This document shows, one piece after another, positions 29,612 through 38,182 of a stretch of 47,531 nt of DNA. How positions within the stretch are numbered: the first letter of the stretch is position 1; the number at the start of each line of letters is the position of its first letter. The position numbers and the translations under genes were made by a program. The notes beneath the pieces are model-generated. The model had not been told where the DNA came from. It worked only from the letters and a program-made list of their open reading frames with translations, and did no database searches. This DNA comes from Atopostipes sp. (GTDB lineage: Bacteria > Bacillota > Bacilli > Lactobacillales > Carnobacteriaceae_A): contig JARICH010000010.1 of NCBI GenBank assembly GCA_029257245.1, positions 1 through 47,531 of the forward strand, given 5' to 3'.

Positions 29612-29646
29612 TGGAGAAATATAAAGAAAGAAAGTTGGTGAAAATG

Positions 29647-30960
29647 ATGAAAAAATCAAAAGTGGCAATTGTAGGACGTCCGAATGTTGGAAAATCAACT
29701 ATTTTTAATCGAATTATTGGAGAACGTCTATCGATTGTTGAAGATAAGCCGGGAGTCACGAGGGATCGAATTTACGGCAGTGCTGAATGGTTAGGAAAAG
29801 AATTTTCTTTAATTGATACTGGTGGAATTACCTTAGAAGATTTACCGATGGATTTGGCTATAAAAAGTCAAGCTGAAATTGCGATGGAAGAAGCAGATGT
29901 TATTATCTTTCTAGTCGATATTCGGGATGGAGTGACGGCATTAGACGAAGATATTGCACAAATGCTTTATCGGTCAAATAAACCGGTAGTGCTTGCATTA
30001 AATAAAGCAGATAACCCAGAACAACGAGCGGATCAATATGAATTTTATGCACTCGGATTGGATGAACCTTATCCAATATCTGGTACTCATGGTTTAGGGA
30101 TCGGTGATTTGTTAGACAAAGTAGTCTCGCATTTTACAGAAGACGATTTAGATGTCTATGATGATTCGACTATTCGATTCAGTTTAATTGGTCGACCAAA
30201 TGTCGGGAAGTCCAGTTTAGTGAATAAAATATTAGGCGAAGAACGTGTAATTGTTTCTGAAGTTGAAGGAACCACGCGTGATGCAACAGATACTCCTTTT
30301 GTGGATGAAGAGGGACAAGAATTTGTAATCATTGATACAGCAGGAATTCGTAAAAGAGGTAAGGTCTATGAAAATACAGAGAAATATAGTGTCTTAAGGG
30401 CATTAAGTGCCATTGAGCGATCGGATGTCGTTTTAGCAGTCATTAATGCGGAAGAAGGCATCAGAGAACAAGACTCACGTGTCTTTAGTTACGCACATGA
30501 TGAAGGTAAAAGTTTAATTATTTTGGTTAATAAATGGGATACAGTTGAGAAAGATACAAATACAATGCGTGATTTCGAATTAGATATTAGACTGCGTTTT
30601 AAATTCCTTGATTATGCGCCTATTTTATTTGTATCAGCTGAGACAGGTGAAAGATTACACCGTTTGCCAGAACTGATTAAATCAGTCTATGAGAGCCGAA
30701 TGCAAAGAGTTCAGTCATCTGTGTTAAATGACGTTTTAATGGACGCCTTGGCAATGAATCCAGCGCCTAGAGTGAATAATAAACGACTTAAAGTCTTTTA
30801 TATGACGCAAGTAGCAGTTGGACCACCAACTTTTGTTGTGTTTGTCAATGATACAGATCTGCTCCATTTCTCTTATCGACGTTTTTTAGAAAACCAATTA
30901 AGAGAAAACTTTGACTTTAGAGGGACACCAATAAAAATTATTGCGCGTCATCGAAGTTAA
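29647..30960 (+). CDS. der: Ribosome biogenesis GTPase Der (EngA)
   Basis: Two G domains (GRPNVGKS twice, DTGG/DTAG, NKAD/NKWD) and KH-like C-terminus. Confidence 0.97.
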   Translation: MKKSKVAIVGRPNVGKSTIFNRIIGERLSIVEDKPGVTRDRIYGSAEWLGKEFSLIDTGGITLEDLPMDLAIKSQAEIAMEEADVIIFLVDIRDGVTALDEDIAQMLYRSNKPVVLALNKADNPEQRADQYEFYALGLDEPYPISGTHGLGIGDLLDKVVSHFTEDDLDVYDDSTIRFSLIGRPNVGKSSLVNKILGEERVIVSEVEGTTRDATDTPFVDEEGQEFVIIDTAGIRKRGKVYENTEKYSVLRALSAIERSDVVLAVINAEEGIREQDSRVFSYAHDEGKSLIILVNKWDTVEKDTNTMRDFELDIRLRFKFLDYAPILFVSAETGERLHRLPELIKSVYESRMQRVQSSVLNDVLMDALAMNPAPRVNNKRLKVFYMTQVAVGPPTFVVFVNDTDLLHFSYRRFLENQLRENFDFRGTPIKIIARHRS

Positions 30961-31005
30961 AAAATTAAAATATGAGATTTAGCAGACCTTTTTAAACAAA
31001 AAGGA

Positions 31006-31034
31006 TTGCAGTTATAAGCTTTGTATGGTATCTT
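31006..31034 (+). promoter_or_regulatory. Sigma-A promoter of hup
   Basis: TTGCAG-17 nt-TATCTT with TG extended -10. Confidence 0.65.
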
Positions 31035-31142
31035 TGGTAATGAAATGTCTCAAGGAGATGATTTCGCCTAATTATTCTCAGTAATAATGGGATTATAAAA
31101 AGTAGCAGATAATCTGTTTACTTTTTAGGGAGGTGTAATATT

Positions 31143-31424
31143 ATGGCAAATAAATCAGACGTGATTGATGGAGTTGCATCAAAAACTGGTTTAACTAAAA
31201 AGGATGCATCTGCAGCAGTAGAAGCATTTTTAGATGTAGTTCAAGAAACTTTAGTAGATGGTGATCGAGTACAACTTATCGGATTCGGTAGTTTCGAGGT
31301 TCGTGATCGTGCGGCTCGTAAGGGACGTAACCCACAAACTGGAGAAGAGCTACACATTCCAGCAACGAAAGTTCCGGCATTTAAAGCTGGTAAAGGATTA
31401 AAAGATGCAGTTAAAGAATCGTAA
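31143..31424 (+). CDS. hup: Histone-like DNA-binding protein HU
   Basis: [29 protein letters not shown] signature. Confidence 0.98.
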   Translation: MANKSDVIDGVASKTGLTKKDASAAVEAFLDVVQETLVDGDRVQLIGFGSFEVRDRAARKGRNPQTGEELHIPATKVPAFKAGKGLKDAVKES

Positions 31425-31475
31425 AACTGTGATTTTAATAAAAAATTAGTATATTTTAAATAGACTAATCATTAT

Positions 31476-31515
31476 CCGATTGTTCCTATTCTTGAATGGG
31501 GGCAATCGGTTTTTT
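31476..31515 (+). terminator. Intrinsic terminator of hup
   Basis: CCGATTGTTCCTATTC-TT-GAATGGGGGCAATCGG plus TTTTTT. Confidence 0.88.
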
Positions 31516-31536
31516 AATGAAAGGATTTAAAGACAT

Positions 31537-31567
31537 AAAAAAAACACTGATTAGCTAATCAGTGTTT
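31537..31567 (-). terminator. Intrinsic terminator of tRNA-Arg
   Basis: Perfect palindrome AAACACTGATTAGCTAATCAGTGTTT with T run on the - strand. Confidence 0.82.
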
Positions 31568-31582
31568 AACGATATTATATGA

Positions 31583-31656
31583 CGTACCTGGAGGGATTCG
31601 AACCCCCGGCCGTTCGCTTAGAAGGCGAATGCTCTATCCAGCTGAGCTACAGGTAC
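31583..31656 (-). tRNA. tRNA-Arg (anticodon UCU), CCA not encoded
   Basis: Reverse complement GTACCTGTAGCTCAGCTGGATAGAGCATTCGCCTTCTAAGCGAACGGCCGGGGGTTCGAATCCCTCCAGGTACG folds as a cloverleaf; anticodon loop CT-TCT-AA. Confidence 0.97.
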
Positions 31657-31674
31657 ATTTTTCCAACAAAGATA

Positions 31675-31703
31675 ATTATACAGCTGAACTTTGAAAATGT
31701 CAA
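31675..31703 (-). promoter_or_regulatory. Consensus sigma-A promoter of tRNA-Arg
   Basis: - strand TTGACA-17 nt-TATAAT, perfect match. Confidence 0.9.
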
Positions 31704-31770
31704 TAGTTATTTTTTTTAATGGTAATCTTACTCGTTTTTAAGAGATAATTAGAATATTCATCCTTCACCA

Positions 31771-31799
31771 TTGAAAAGTGCTAGGACTTATAATAAAAT
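31771..31799 (+). promoter_or_regulatory. Sigma-A promoter of the phosphatidyltransferase-MarR pair
   Basis: TTGAAA-17 nt-TAAAAT. Confidence 0.6.
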
Positions 31800-31841
31800 G
31801 TTCAGTAGCTATATAGTAGATTTTTTGAGAGTGGGATTTTT

Positions 31842-32408
31842 TTGATAAAAAAAGAAGACTGGTTTACGATACCAAATATTTTATCGTATGTAAGAATATT
31901 GATGATCCCTTTATATATTTATCTCTATCTTAATGCAAGTAGTGTGAGAGATTATTATGTGGCGGCTGGAATTTTGGTCTTGTCAGGTATTACTGATGCA
32001 TTGGATGGATTCATTGCGCGTAAAACGGATCAGATTACCGACCTAGGGAAAGCATTAGATCCATTAGCTGATAAATTAACTCAAATAGCTGTGGTTGGGG
32101 CAATGTCGATTGAAAACTCTTATATTCTGCCATTATTAATAATGTTTGTGCTAAAAGAGTTTTATTTACTTCTTAATAATTTAATTTTAATGAAGAAAAA
32201 CATTGTGATGGACGGGGCTATGTGGTTTGGAAAGTTAGCGACCATAATCTTTTATTTAGCAATGTTTATCTTAGTTGTGTATCCTGATATCACTAAGACT
32301 TGTGCAATATACTTAGTTTGGCTAACAGCTATTTTTCAAATGATCTCATTTTTTGGATATAGCTATTGGTTTATATCTAAATATAAAGAAGAAAAGTATA
32401 TTAAGTAG
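31842..32408 (+). CDS. CDP-alcohol phosphatidyltransferase (PgsA-like paralogue)
   Basis: TIPNILSYVR and DALDGFIAR..LGKALDPLADK signature; hydrophobic. Confidence 0.9.
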   Translation: MIKKEDWFTIPNILSYVRILMIPLYIYLYLNASSVRDYYVAAGILVLSGITDALDGFIARKTDQITDLGKALDPLADKLTQIAVVGAMSIENSYILPLLIMFVLKEFYLLLNNLILMKKNIVMDGAMWFGKLATIIFYLAMFILVVYPDITKTCAIYLVWLTAIFQMISFFGYSYWFISKYKEEKYIK

Positions 32409-32424
32409 AATGGATGAAGATTAA

Positions 32425-32874
32425 ATGACAAGAGAAAAAGATTCATTAAGAGCTTTAACTGTGATATTGAGAGCATCAGCAAGTATTACAAAAATGGTAA
32501 AGAAAGATATGGATTCCTACGGTGTTAATCCGACTGAGTTCATGGTTTTAGAATTACTTTATAGTAAAGGACCACAAGCCATTCAGATAATTGGAAATAA
32601 AGTACTCTTAGCATCAAGTAGTATTACTTATGTAATCGATCAGCTTGAGAAGAAGGATTTTGTTGAACGAAAACAAAATCCAACTGACCGTAGAGTGACC
32701 TTGGTGTCACTAACAGCATCCGGAGAAGAACTAATGAGTGAGATTTTCCCACAACATAGTTCAGTCATCCAAGAACTATTCCAAGATTTGACAGAAGAAG
32801 AACTCGTTAAATTAGCAGATGATATAAAATCAATCGGTTATAAAGCAACAGAACTAAATGAAATCAATGAATAA
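32425..32874 (+). CDS. MarR-family regulator (MhqR-like)
   Basis: EFMVLELLYSKG..LASSSITYVIDQLEKK..DRR..LT winged HTH. Confidence 0.9.
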   Translation: MTREKDSLRALTVILRASASITKMVKKDMDSYGVNPTEFMVLELLYSKGPQAIQIIGNKVLLASSSITYVIDQLEKKDFVERKQNPTDRRVTLVSLTASGEELMSEIFPQHSSVIQELFQDLTEEELVKLADDIKSIGYKATELNEINE

Positions 32875-32951
32875 TCAGGAAAAATTTCGCAAAACAGGAG
32901 ATTTTTGTTACAATAATAATTGACAGAATTTAGAAAATGGGGTTGATAAGA

Positions 32952-33335
32952 TTGGCTAAAGATAAAATAACACCAGAAATCCAGGAATTAGTGGAGACGG
33001 AATTACGTAAGGGAGCGAGCAATTCAAGAATTGCTAACTTATTAGATTTGCCTTATAAAAAGGCAGTCGTTATTATTGATGAAATAAAAGAGCTTATTCG
33101 TCCAGAAGTTGGAGAAAATATTGCCTTTACATTTCGGGAAGAACATATGGAAGGGACAATTGAAAAGTTATTGACGAATAGTGCAATTGTTAAAATTGAT
33201 TGGGACAACTCACCAAGTCACTTATATGATTTAATGGAAGAAAGAACTGTCGTAAACTTTAAAGATATTAAAGCGTTCCTTAAAACATTTGATATGTTTC
33301 AAGATGATGATGCACTAAAGAATGTTGAGGACTAA
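32952..33335 (+). CDS. Hypothetical protein: helical/HTH-like N-terminus plus YkvS/DUF2187-like C-terminus
   Basis: EVGENIAF..GTIEKLLTNSAIV..ERTVVNFK resembles YkvS; TTG 32952 follows GGGGTTGA (alternative ATG 32937). Confidence 0.68.
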   Translation: MAKDKITPEIQELVETELRKGASNSRIANLLDLPYKKAVVIIDEIKELIRPEVGENIAFTFREEHMEGTIEKLLTNSAIVKIDWDNSPSHLYDLMEERTVVNFKDIKAFLKTFDMFQDDDALKNVED

Positions 33336-33342
33336 TTAAGAT

Positions 33343-33379
33343 AGGCCTGTTGCAGCCAAGAGCTCTGCACAGGCTTTTT
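33343..33379 (+). terminator. Intrinsic terminator
   Basis: GCCTGTTGCAG/CTGCACAGGC stem plus TTTTT. Confidence 0.7.
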
Positions 33380-33403
33380 CTTCATTTTATAGAAAGAAAT
33401 TAG

Positions 33404-34387
33404 GTGAATCCTTTGGGAAATAGAATAGAATTTCCATTAAATGGAAAGATATATTTTAAAAAAGGAGTTGAAGCTTTTGAGTTAGGTAAGAAAGAAAAAG
33501 CTATTAAATACCTTAAAAAAGCATTTGACTGTACAGGAAATAATGAAGTAAATCTTTACTATGCCTTTGTTTTATCGGTTTACCAAAGATATGAAGAAGC
33601 TTTAGCTGTGATGAATGAAAAAAAAGAGTTTTACAGATCAAGTGAGAACCACGCATCCTTTTATGTAGAAATCCTGATTAAAAACAATCTTTTTTTAGAA
33701 GCAGAATATATTATTCAAAAATATCAACTTAATTCAGCAGCAGAAGATGATCAAGCATGGAAAAGATTAGAGCAAGAATTAGATAATATTCGTCTACAAT
33801 ATAACTTGGAATTAGAATCGAATAAAAAAGAGTTGAAACAATCGTTAATAGAATTGGCTAATTATTCACCATTCGTTCAATCTCAGAAAATAGCTGAAGC
33901 GGAGCTTCTTGATTTATCAGAGCTTCAAGAACTTGCATCTACGATTCTTATGAATCATCAACTCGATGGAAAAGCGCGTCGTGCTTATCTTGAACTACTT
34001 GTTCAAAGAAAAGATAAAAATGAATATTCATTTTTATGGTTTGATGAAATCAGAACAGTCTGTCCGAGAGAATTAGAAGAATTTGGAGATATTGAAACAG
34101 TTAAAAATATACAGAGTTTACTTGAAAGAAAACTAGCTAAATATCCTGAATTATATTATTGGGTAGAAGCTGAAATCGTTCATGATTTACTACTTTTGTA
34201 TCCTTATATTGATGAAGTAATTACTAGTATAGATTTTTGGATTGACTTGTATATCATGGAGCTGGATCTCTTTCATCATCTAGATATCAAGCTAGTGGCT
34301 AAAACAGAAGAAGAAAAAAATATGAGAGAGAAAGCAAATTATTTTCACCAACTATCACAGCGTGGTAAATTTTCTTTAGACAGATAA
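33404..34387 (+). CDS. Tetratricopeptide-repeat protein (YsoA-like)
   Basis: IEFP..YFKKG..AIKYLKKA..YEEAL TPR pattern; lies directly before tig; alternative start TTG 33413. Confidence 0.72.
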   Translation: MNPLGNRIEFPLNGKIYFKKGVEAFELGKKEKAIKYLKKAFDCTGNNEVNLYYAFVLSVYQRYEEALAVMNEKKEFYRSSENHASFYVEILIKNNLFLEAEYIIQKYQLNSAAEDDQAWKRLEQELDNIRLQYNLELESNKKELKQSLIELANYSPFVQSQKIAEAELLDLSELQELASTILMNHQLDGKARRAYLELLVQRKDKNEYSFLWFDEIRTVCPRELEEFGDIETVKNIQSLLERKLAKYPELYYWVEAEIVHDLLLLYPYIDEVITSIDFWIDLYIMELDLFHHLDIKLVAKTEEEKNMREKANYFHQLSQRGKFSLDR

Positions 34388-34435
34388 AAGAGTCTGCTTG
34401 AAAATTAAAATCTGAGAATAGAAAGATATTATTCG

Positions 34436-34464
34436 TTTACAAATAGCAATAAGTATAGTATGCT
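34436..34464 (+). promoter_or_regulatory. Sigma-A promoter of tig
   Basis: TTTACA-17 nt-TATGCT. Confidence 0.55.
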
Positions 34465-34544
34465 TAAGAAGTATGCAAAGGCACTAGTGGATTTAAATTG
34501 ATTTAAAATGACTAGTTAATAATAATAACGGAGGCAAATAAAAA

Positions 34545-35879
34545 ATGACAGCAAAATTTGAAAAAAAAGGTCCGGTTACTGGCGAATTAACTTTCACTAT
34601 TGAAAGAGAAATCGTCGAAAAAGGACTAGACCAAACATATAATCAAATCAAAGGTAATTTAAATATTCCAGGATTTAGAAAAGGTCGTGTACCTCGTAAA
34701 ATATTTAACCAACGATTTGGTGAAGAAGCACTCTACGAAGATACATTAAACGACATTTTCCCAGCAGAATTTGCAAAAGTTGTTGACCAAGTAGATGGAG
34801 AAATTGTAGGGCAACCATCTATCCAAGATATTTCATGGGAAAAAGGAGCAGATTGGGAGTTAACTGTTCTTTTATCATTAGAACCAGAAGTAGAACTTGG
34901 TCAGTATAAGGATTTGGAAGTAACAAAACAAAATCGAGAACTTGAAGAAGACGCTGTAGAAACTGAATTAGAGCGACGCCGTCAAGAATTTACAGAACTG
35001 GTAATTAAGGATACAGCCGCTGAAGAAGGCGATACTGTTGTGATTGATTATGAAGGATCTGTTGATGGAGAGGTCTTTGAAGGGGGAAGTGCAACGAACC
35101 ACTCGCTTAAATTGGGATCAAATTCATTTATTCCAGGATTTGAAGAACAATTAGTTGGTGCTGAACCAGACTCGGAAGTTGAAGTTAAAGTAACATTCCC
35201 TGAAGATTACCAAGCGGAAGAACTAGCTGGTGAAGAAGCTTTATTTAAAGTTAAAGTACACGAAGTTAAGGTAGAAGAGCTACCAGAATTAGACGATGAT
35301 TTTGCACAAGATATTGATGAAGATATCGAAACACTTGATGAATTACGAGAAAAGATTCGTGAAGAACTAGAAAATTCATTGAACGAACAAGCAGATGATG
35401 CTAAAGATGAAGAAGCAATTCAAAAAGCAGTTGCAAATGCAAAAATTGAAGAAATACCTTATGATATGACGCATGAAGAAGTTCACCGTCAGTTAGAAAT
35501 GTTCTACAATAATTTACAACAAAATGGTATGGATAAAGAAATGTACTTCCAGTTAACTGGGACATCTGAAGCTGATTTACATGATCAGTTTGAAGAAGGA
35601 GCAGAAGAAAGCGTTCGTACTAACCTTGTACTTGAAGCAATAGTAGAAGAAGCTGATTTATCAGCGACTGAAGAAGAACAAGAAGAAGAAATTAAAACTT
35701 TATCTGAACAGTATAACTTATCAGAAGATCAGGTAAGAGAAGTCTTATCACCAGAACTATTAACACGTGATATTGCAATTAAAAAAGCAGTTGATTTAAT
35801 TACTAGCTCAGCAAAAGAAGTGTTAGAAGTTAAATCTGAAGAAACTGAAGAAACTGAAGAAACTGAAGAAACAGAGTAA
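34545..35879 (+). CDS. tig: Trigger factor
   Basis: IPGFRKGRVP ribosome-binding motif; FKBP domain FIPGFEEQLVG, VTFPEDY. Confidence 0.98.
   Translation: MTAKFEKKGPVTGELTFTIEREIVEKGLDQTYNQIKGNLNIPGFRKGRVPRKIFNQRFGEEALYEDTLNDIFPAEFAKVVDQVDGEIVGQPSIQDISWEKGADWELTVLLSLEPEVELGQYKDLEVTKQNRELEEDAVETELERRRQEFTELVIKDTAAEEGDTVVIDYEGSVDGEVFEGGSATNHSLKLGSNSFIPGFEEQLVGAEPDSEVEVKVTFPEDYQAEELAGEEALFKVKVHEVKVEELPELDDDFAQDIDEDIETLDELREKIREELENSLNEQADDAKDEEAIQKAVANAKIEEIPYDMTHEEVHRQLEMFYNNLQQNGMDKEMYFQLTGTSEADLHDQFEEGAEESVRTNLVLEAIVEEADLSATEEEQEEEIKTLSEQYNLSEDQVREVLSPELLTRDIAIKKAVDLITSSAKEVLEVKSEETEETEETEETE
35836..35871 (+). repeat. Coding 9-bp tandem repeat, four copies
   Basis: (CTGAAGAAA)4 encoding the EET tail of trigger factor. 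Confidence 0.9.
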
Positions 35880-35910
35880 TCAATAGCTGACGATTAACAG
35901 AATGAATACA

Positions 35911-35950
35911 AATTGATCCCCAAATTAATTGAGGGGATCAATTTTTTATT
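35911..35950 (+). terminator. Intrinsic terminator of tig
   Basis: AATTGATCCCC/GGGGATCAATT stem plus T run. Confidence 0.88.
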
Positions 35951-36056
35951 GGTAAGGCACAGTTAAAGCTTGGATATAGCGAGCTAAATGCAATTGTTGG
36001 TAGAAAATAATGAGCTGTGTTATTCTTAGATAAGAAATAAATGAAGTGAAATAGAG

Positions 36057-37331
36057 GTGACTAAATTAGATATGGATAATAATAATGATGATAGTATGAA
36101 TGTATCTTGTTCCTTTTGCGGAAAAAGTCAGGATCAAGTAAATAAAATTATAGCGGGACCCGGCGTTTATATTTGTGATGAGTGTGTAAATCTTAGCAAA
36201 GAAATTATAGACAATGAATTCTCAATTGAAGAAGAGTCGGTAGAACTAAAAGATGTTCCGAAACCTCAAGAAATATATGATGTCTTAAATGATTATGTAA
36301 TTGGTCAGGAGGCAGCTAAACGTACTCTTTCAGTGGCTGTCTATAATCATTATAAACGTGTAAATCATTTGTTGGACGCTGATACAGACGAACATGTTCA
36401 GCTCCAAAAAAGTAATATTTTACTTGTAGGACCAACAGGATCAGGTAAAACCTATCTTGCACAAACCTTGGCTGGTATTTTAGATGTCCCTTTTGCAATT
36501 GCGGATGCAACAAATTTAACAGAAGCAGGTTATGTAGGTGAGGATGTTGAAAATATCCTAGTTAAATTATTACAGGCAGCTGATTTCGATGTCGAGCGAG
36601 CCGAAAAAGGCATTGTTTACATTGACGAAATCGATAAAATTGCGAAAAAATCGGAAAATGTTTCAATTACGAGAGATGTAAGTGGAGAAGGAGTTCAGCA
36701 ATCTTTACTTAAAATATTGGAAAGTTCAATTGCTAGCGTACCACCAAAAGGGGGGCGCAAACATCCTCAACAAGAGATGATTGAGATTGACACAACAAAC
36801 ATTCTCTTTATTGTTGGTGGAGCATTCGCTGGTCTAGAAGAAATAATCCAAAATCGTCTTGGAGAACGTACGATTGGATTCGGAGCAAATATCGAGCAAG
36901 AAGATGAGCTAAAAGAAGATAATATTATGCAAAAAGTATTACCAGGAGATTTACAGAAATTCGGATTAATTCCTGAGTTTATTGGCCGCTTGCCGGTAGT
37001 TGCAGTACTTGATGAATTAGACGAAGAAGATTTAATTGAAATATTGTCTCGACCAAAGAATTCATTAGTGAAACAATATCAAGTATTAATGAGCTTAGAT
37101 AATGTCGATTTAGAATTTGAAAAAGAGGCATTAGCAATAATCGGACAGCAAGCTATCGAACAGAGTACAGGTGCTCGGGGCTTAAGAACAATAATTGAAG
37201 AAATTATGCTAAATATTATGTTTGATATTCCTAGCCGTGAAGACATTCATAAAGTAGTAATTACTAAAGAAGCTGCTGAGCAAAAAGAAGAACCTTTATT
37301 CTATGATGAAAAAGGGGAACTAGTTAGCTAA
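36057..37331 (+). CDS. clpX: ATP-dependent Clp protease ATP-binding subunit ClpX
   Basis: CSFCGK..CDEC zinc finger, [15 protein letters not shown] loop, TGARGLR. Confidence 0.98.
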   Translation: MTKLDMDNNNDDSMNVSCSFCGKSQDQVNKIIAGPGVYICDECVNLSKEIIDNEFSIEEESVELKDVPKPQEIYDVLNDYVIGQEAAKRTLSVAVYNHYKRVNHLLDADTDEHVQLQKSNILLVGPTGSGKTYLAQTLAGILDVPFAIADATNLTEAGYVGEDVENILVKLLQAADFDVERAEKGIVYIDEIDKIAKKSENVSITRDVSGEGVQQSLLKILESSIASVPPKGGRKHPQQEMIEIDTTNILFIVGGAFAGLEEIIQNRLGERTIGFGANIEQEDELKEDNIMQKVLPGDLQKFGLIPEFIGRLPVVAVLDELDEEDLIEILSRPKNSLVKQYQVLMSLDNVDLEFEKEALAIIGQQAIEQSTGARGLRTIIEEIMLNIMFDIPSREDIHKVVITKEAAEQKEEPLFYDEKGELVS

Positions 37332-37344
37332 AATTTTACAATAT

Positions 37345-37391
37345 AAAAAAGCTGTTGATCTTTCCTTAAAAGGAGAGTTCAATAGCTTTTT
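37345..37391 (+). terminator. Intrinsic terminator of clpX
   Basis: AAAAAGCTGTTGA..TCAATAGCTTTTT inverted repeat. Confidence 0.85.
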
Positions 37392-37446
37392 AATATTTCA
37401 AAAAATCTTCATGAACCATTAACTATGTAAAGAGTAAGAAAAAACT

Positions 37447-37474
37447 TTGAAATATGTTTGTAATATGTTACTAT
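37447..37474 (+). promoter_or_regulatory. Probable promoter of the ysxC/HemA-like pair
   Basis: TTGAAA-16 nt-TACTAT with TG extended -10. Confidence 0.5.
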
Positions 37475-37579
37475 TTACAGTAGCTGTAAAAGCAATCACT
37501 TGATTTAAATTAATTAATTTAGTCCTTCGTTTAATTTCTTTAAATATACGAGTGTAAAATAGATAAGGTTGGTGAGAAA

Positions 37580-38182
37580 ATGAAATTTCCAATTCAAAAT
37601 GCAGATATTATTATTAGTGCTGTGAGAGAAGAACAATATCCAGATTTAAGATTACCCGAAATTGCAATTGCTGGTCGTTCGAACGTTGGAAAGTCATCAC
37701 TCATTAATAGTTTGCTAAATCGTAAAAGTTTAGCACGAACTTCTCGTAAACCGGGACGAACAGTAACTATTAATTTTTATAATATAGAAGATGAACTTGT
37801 TTTTGTAGATGTACCAGGTTATGGATACGCCAAAGTTTCAAAAGCTGAATTAGAGAAATGGTCGGAAATGATGGAACATTACTTTTCTACTCGTGAAATT
37901 CTAGAAAAAGTAATATTAATAGTTGATTTACGTCATAAACCAACAGGCCAGGACGTACAAATGTATGATTATTTGAAACATTTAGGTTTACCTGTCTTAG
38001 TTATTGCTACAAAAGCGGATAAAGTTAAACCAGGTGTACGTAATCGACATTTAAATGATGTCTATAATACATTGAACTTAGTCCAAGGAGATCTTGTAAT
38101 TCCATATTCATCGATAACTGGTGAAGGAAAAAAAGAGGTCTGGAACGCTTTATTAAACGATTTAGGAATTGATCGCGAATGA
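37580..38182 (+). CDS. engB: Ribosome biogenesis GTPase YsxC/YihA (EngB)
   Basis: GRSNVGKSS, DVPGYG, TKADK; clpX-ysxC synteny. Confidence 0.97.
   Translation: MKFPIQNADIIISAVREEQYPDLRLPEIAIAGRSNVGKSSLINSLLNRKSLARTSRKPGRTVTINFYNIEDELVFVDVPGYGYAKVSKAELEKWSEMMEHYFSTREILEKVILIVDLRHKPTGQDVQMYDYLKHLGLPVLVIATKADKVKPGVRNRHLNDVYNTLNLVQGDLVIPYSSITGEGKKEVWNALLNDLGIDRE

Noticed and set aside
31724-31748. MhqR operator upstream of the phosphatidyltransferase gene
   Set aside because: ATCT and AGAT half-sites are 14 nt apart, too far for the known palindrome.
34473-34487. Mini-ORF ATG-CAA-AGG-CAC-TAG near the predicted tig start site
   Set aside because: Four codons, TSS uncertain and no supporting structure; cannot be told from chance.
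35956-36026. Purine-riboswitch-like three-way junction upstream of clpX (GGCACAGTT/AGCTGTGTT; loop GATATAG)
   Set aside because: Lacks the UUUCUAC junction and the CC kissing loop, follows the tig terminator, and overlaps a plausible clpX promoter (TTGGTA-18-TATTCT), so it is probably not transcribed.
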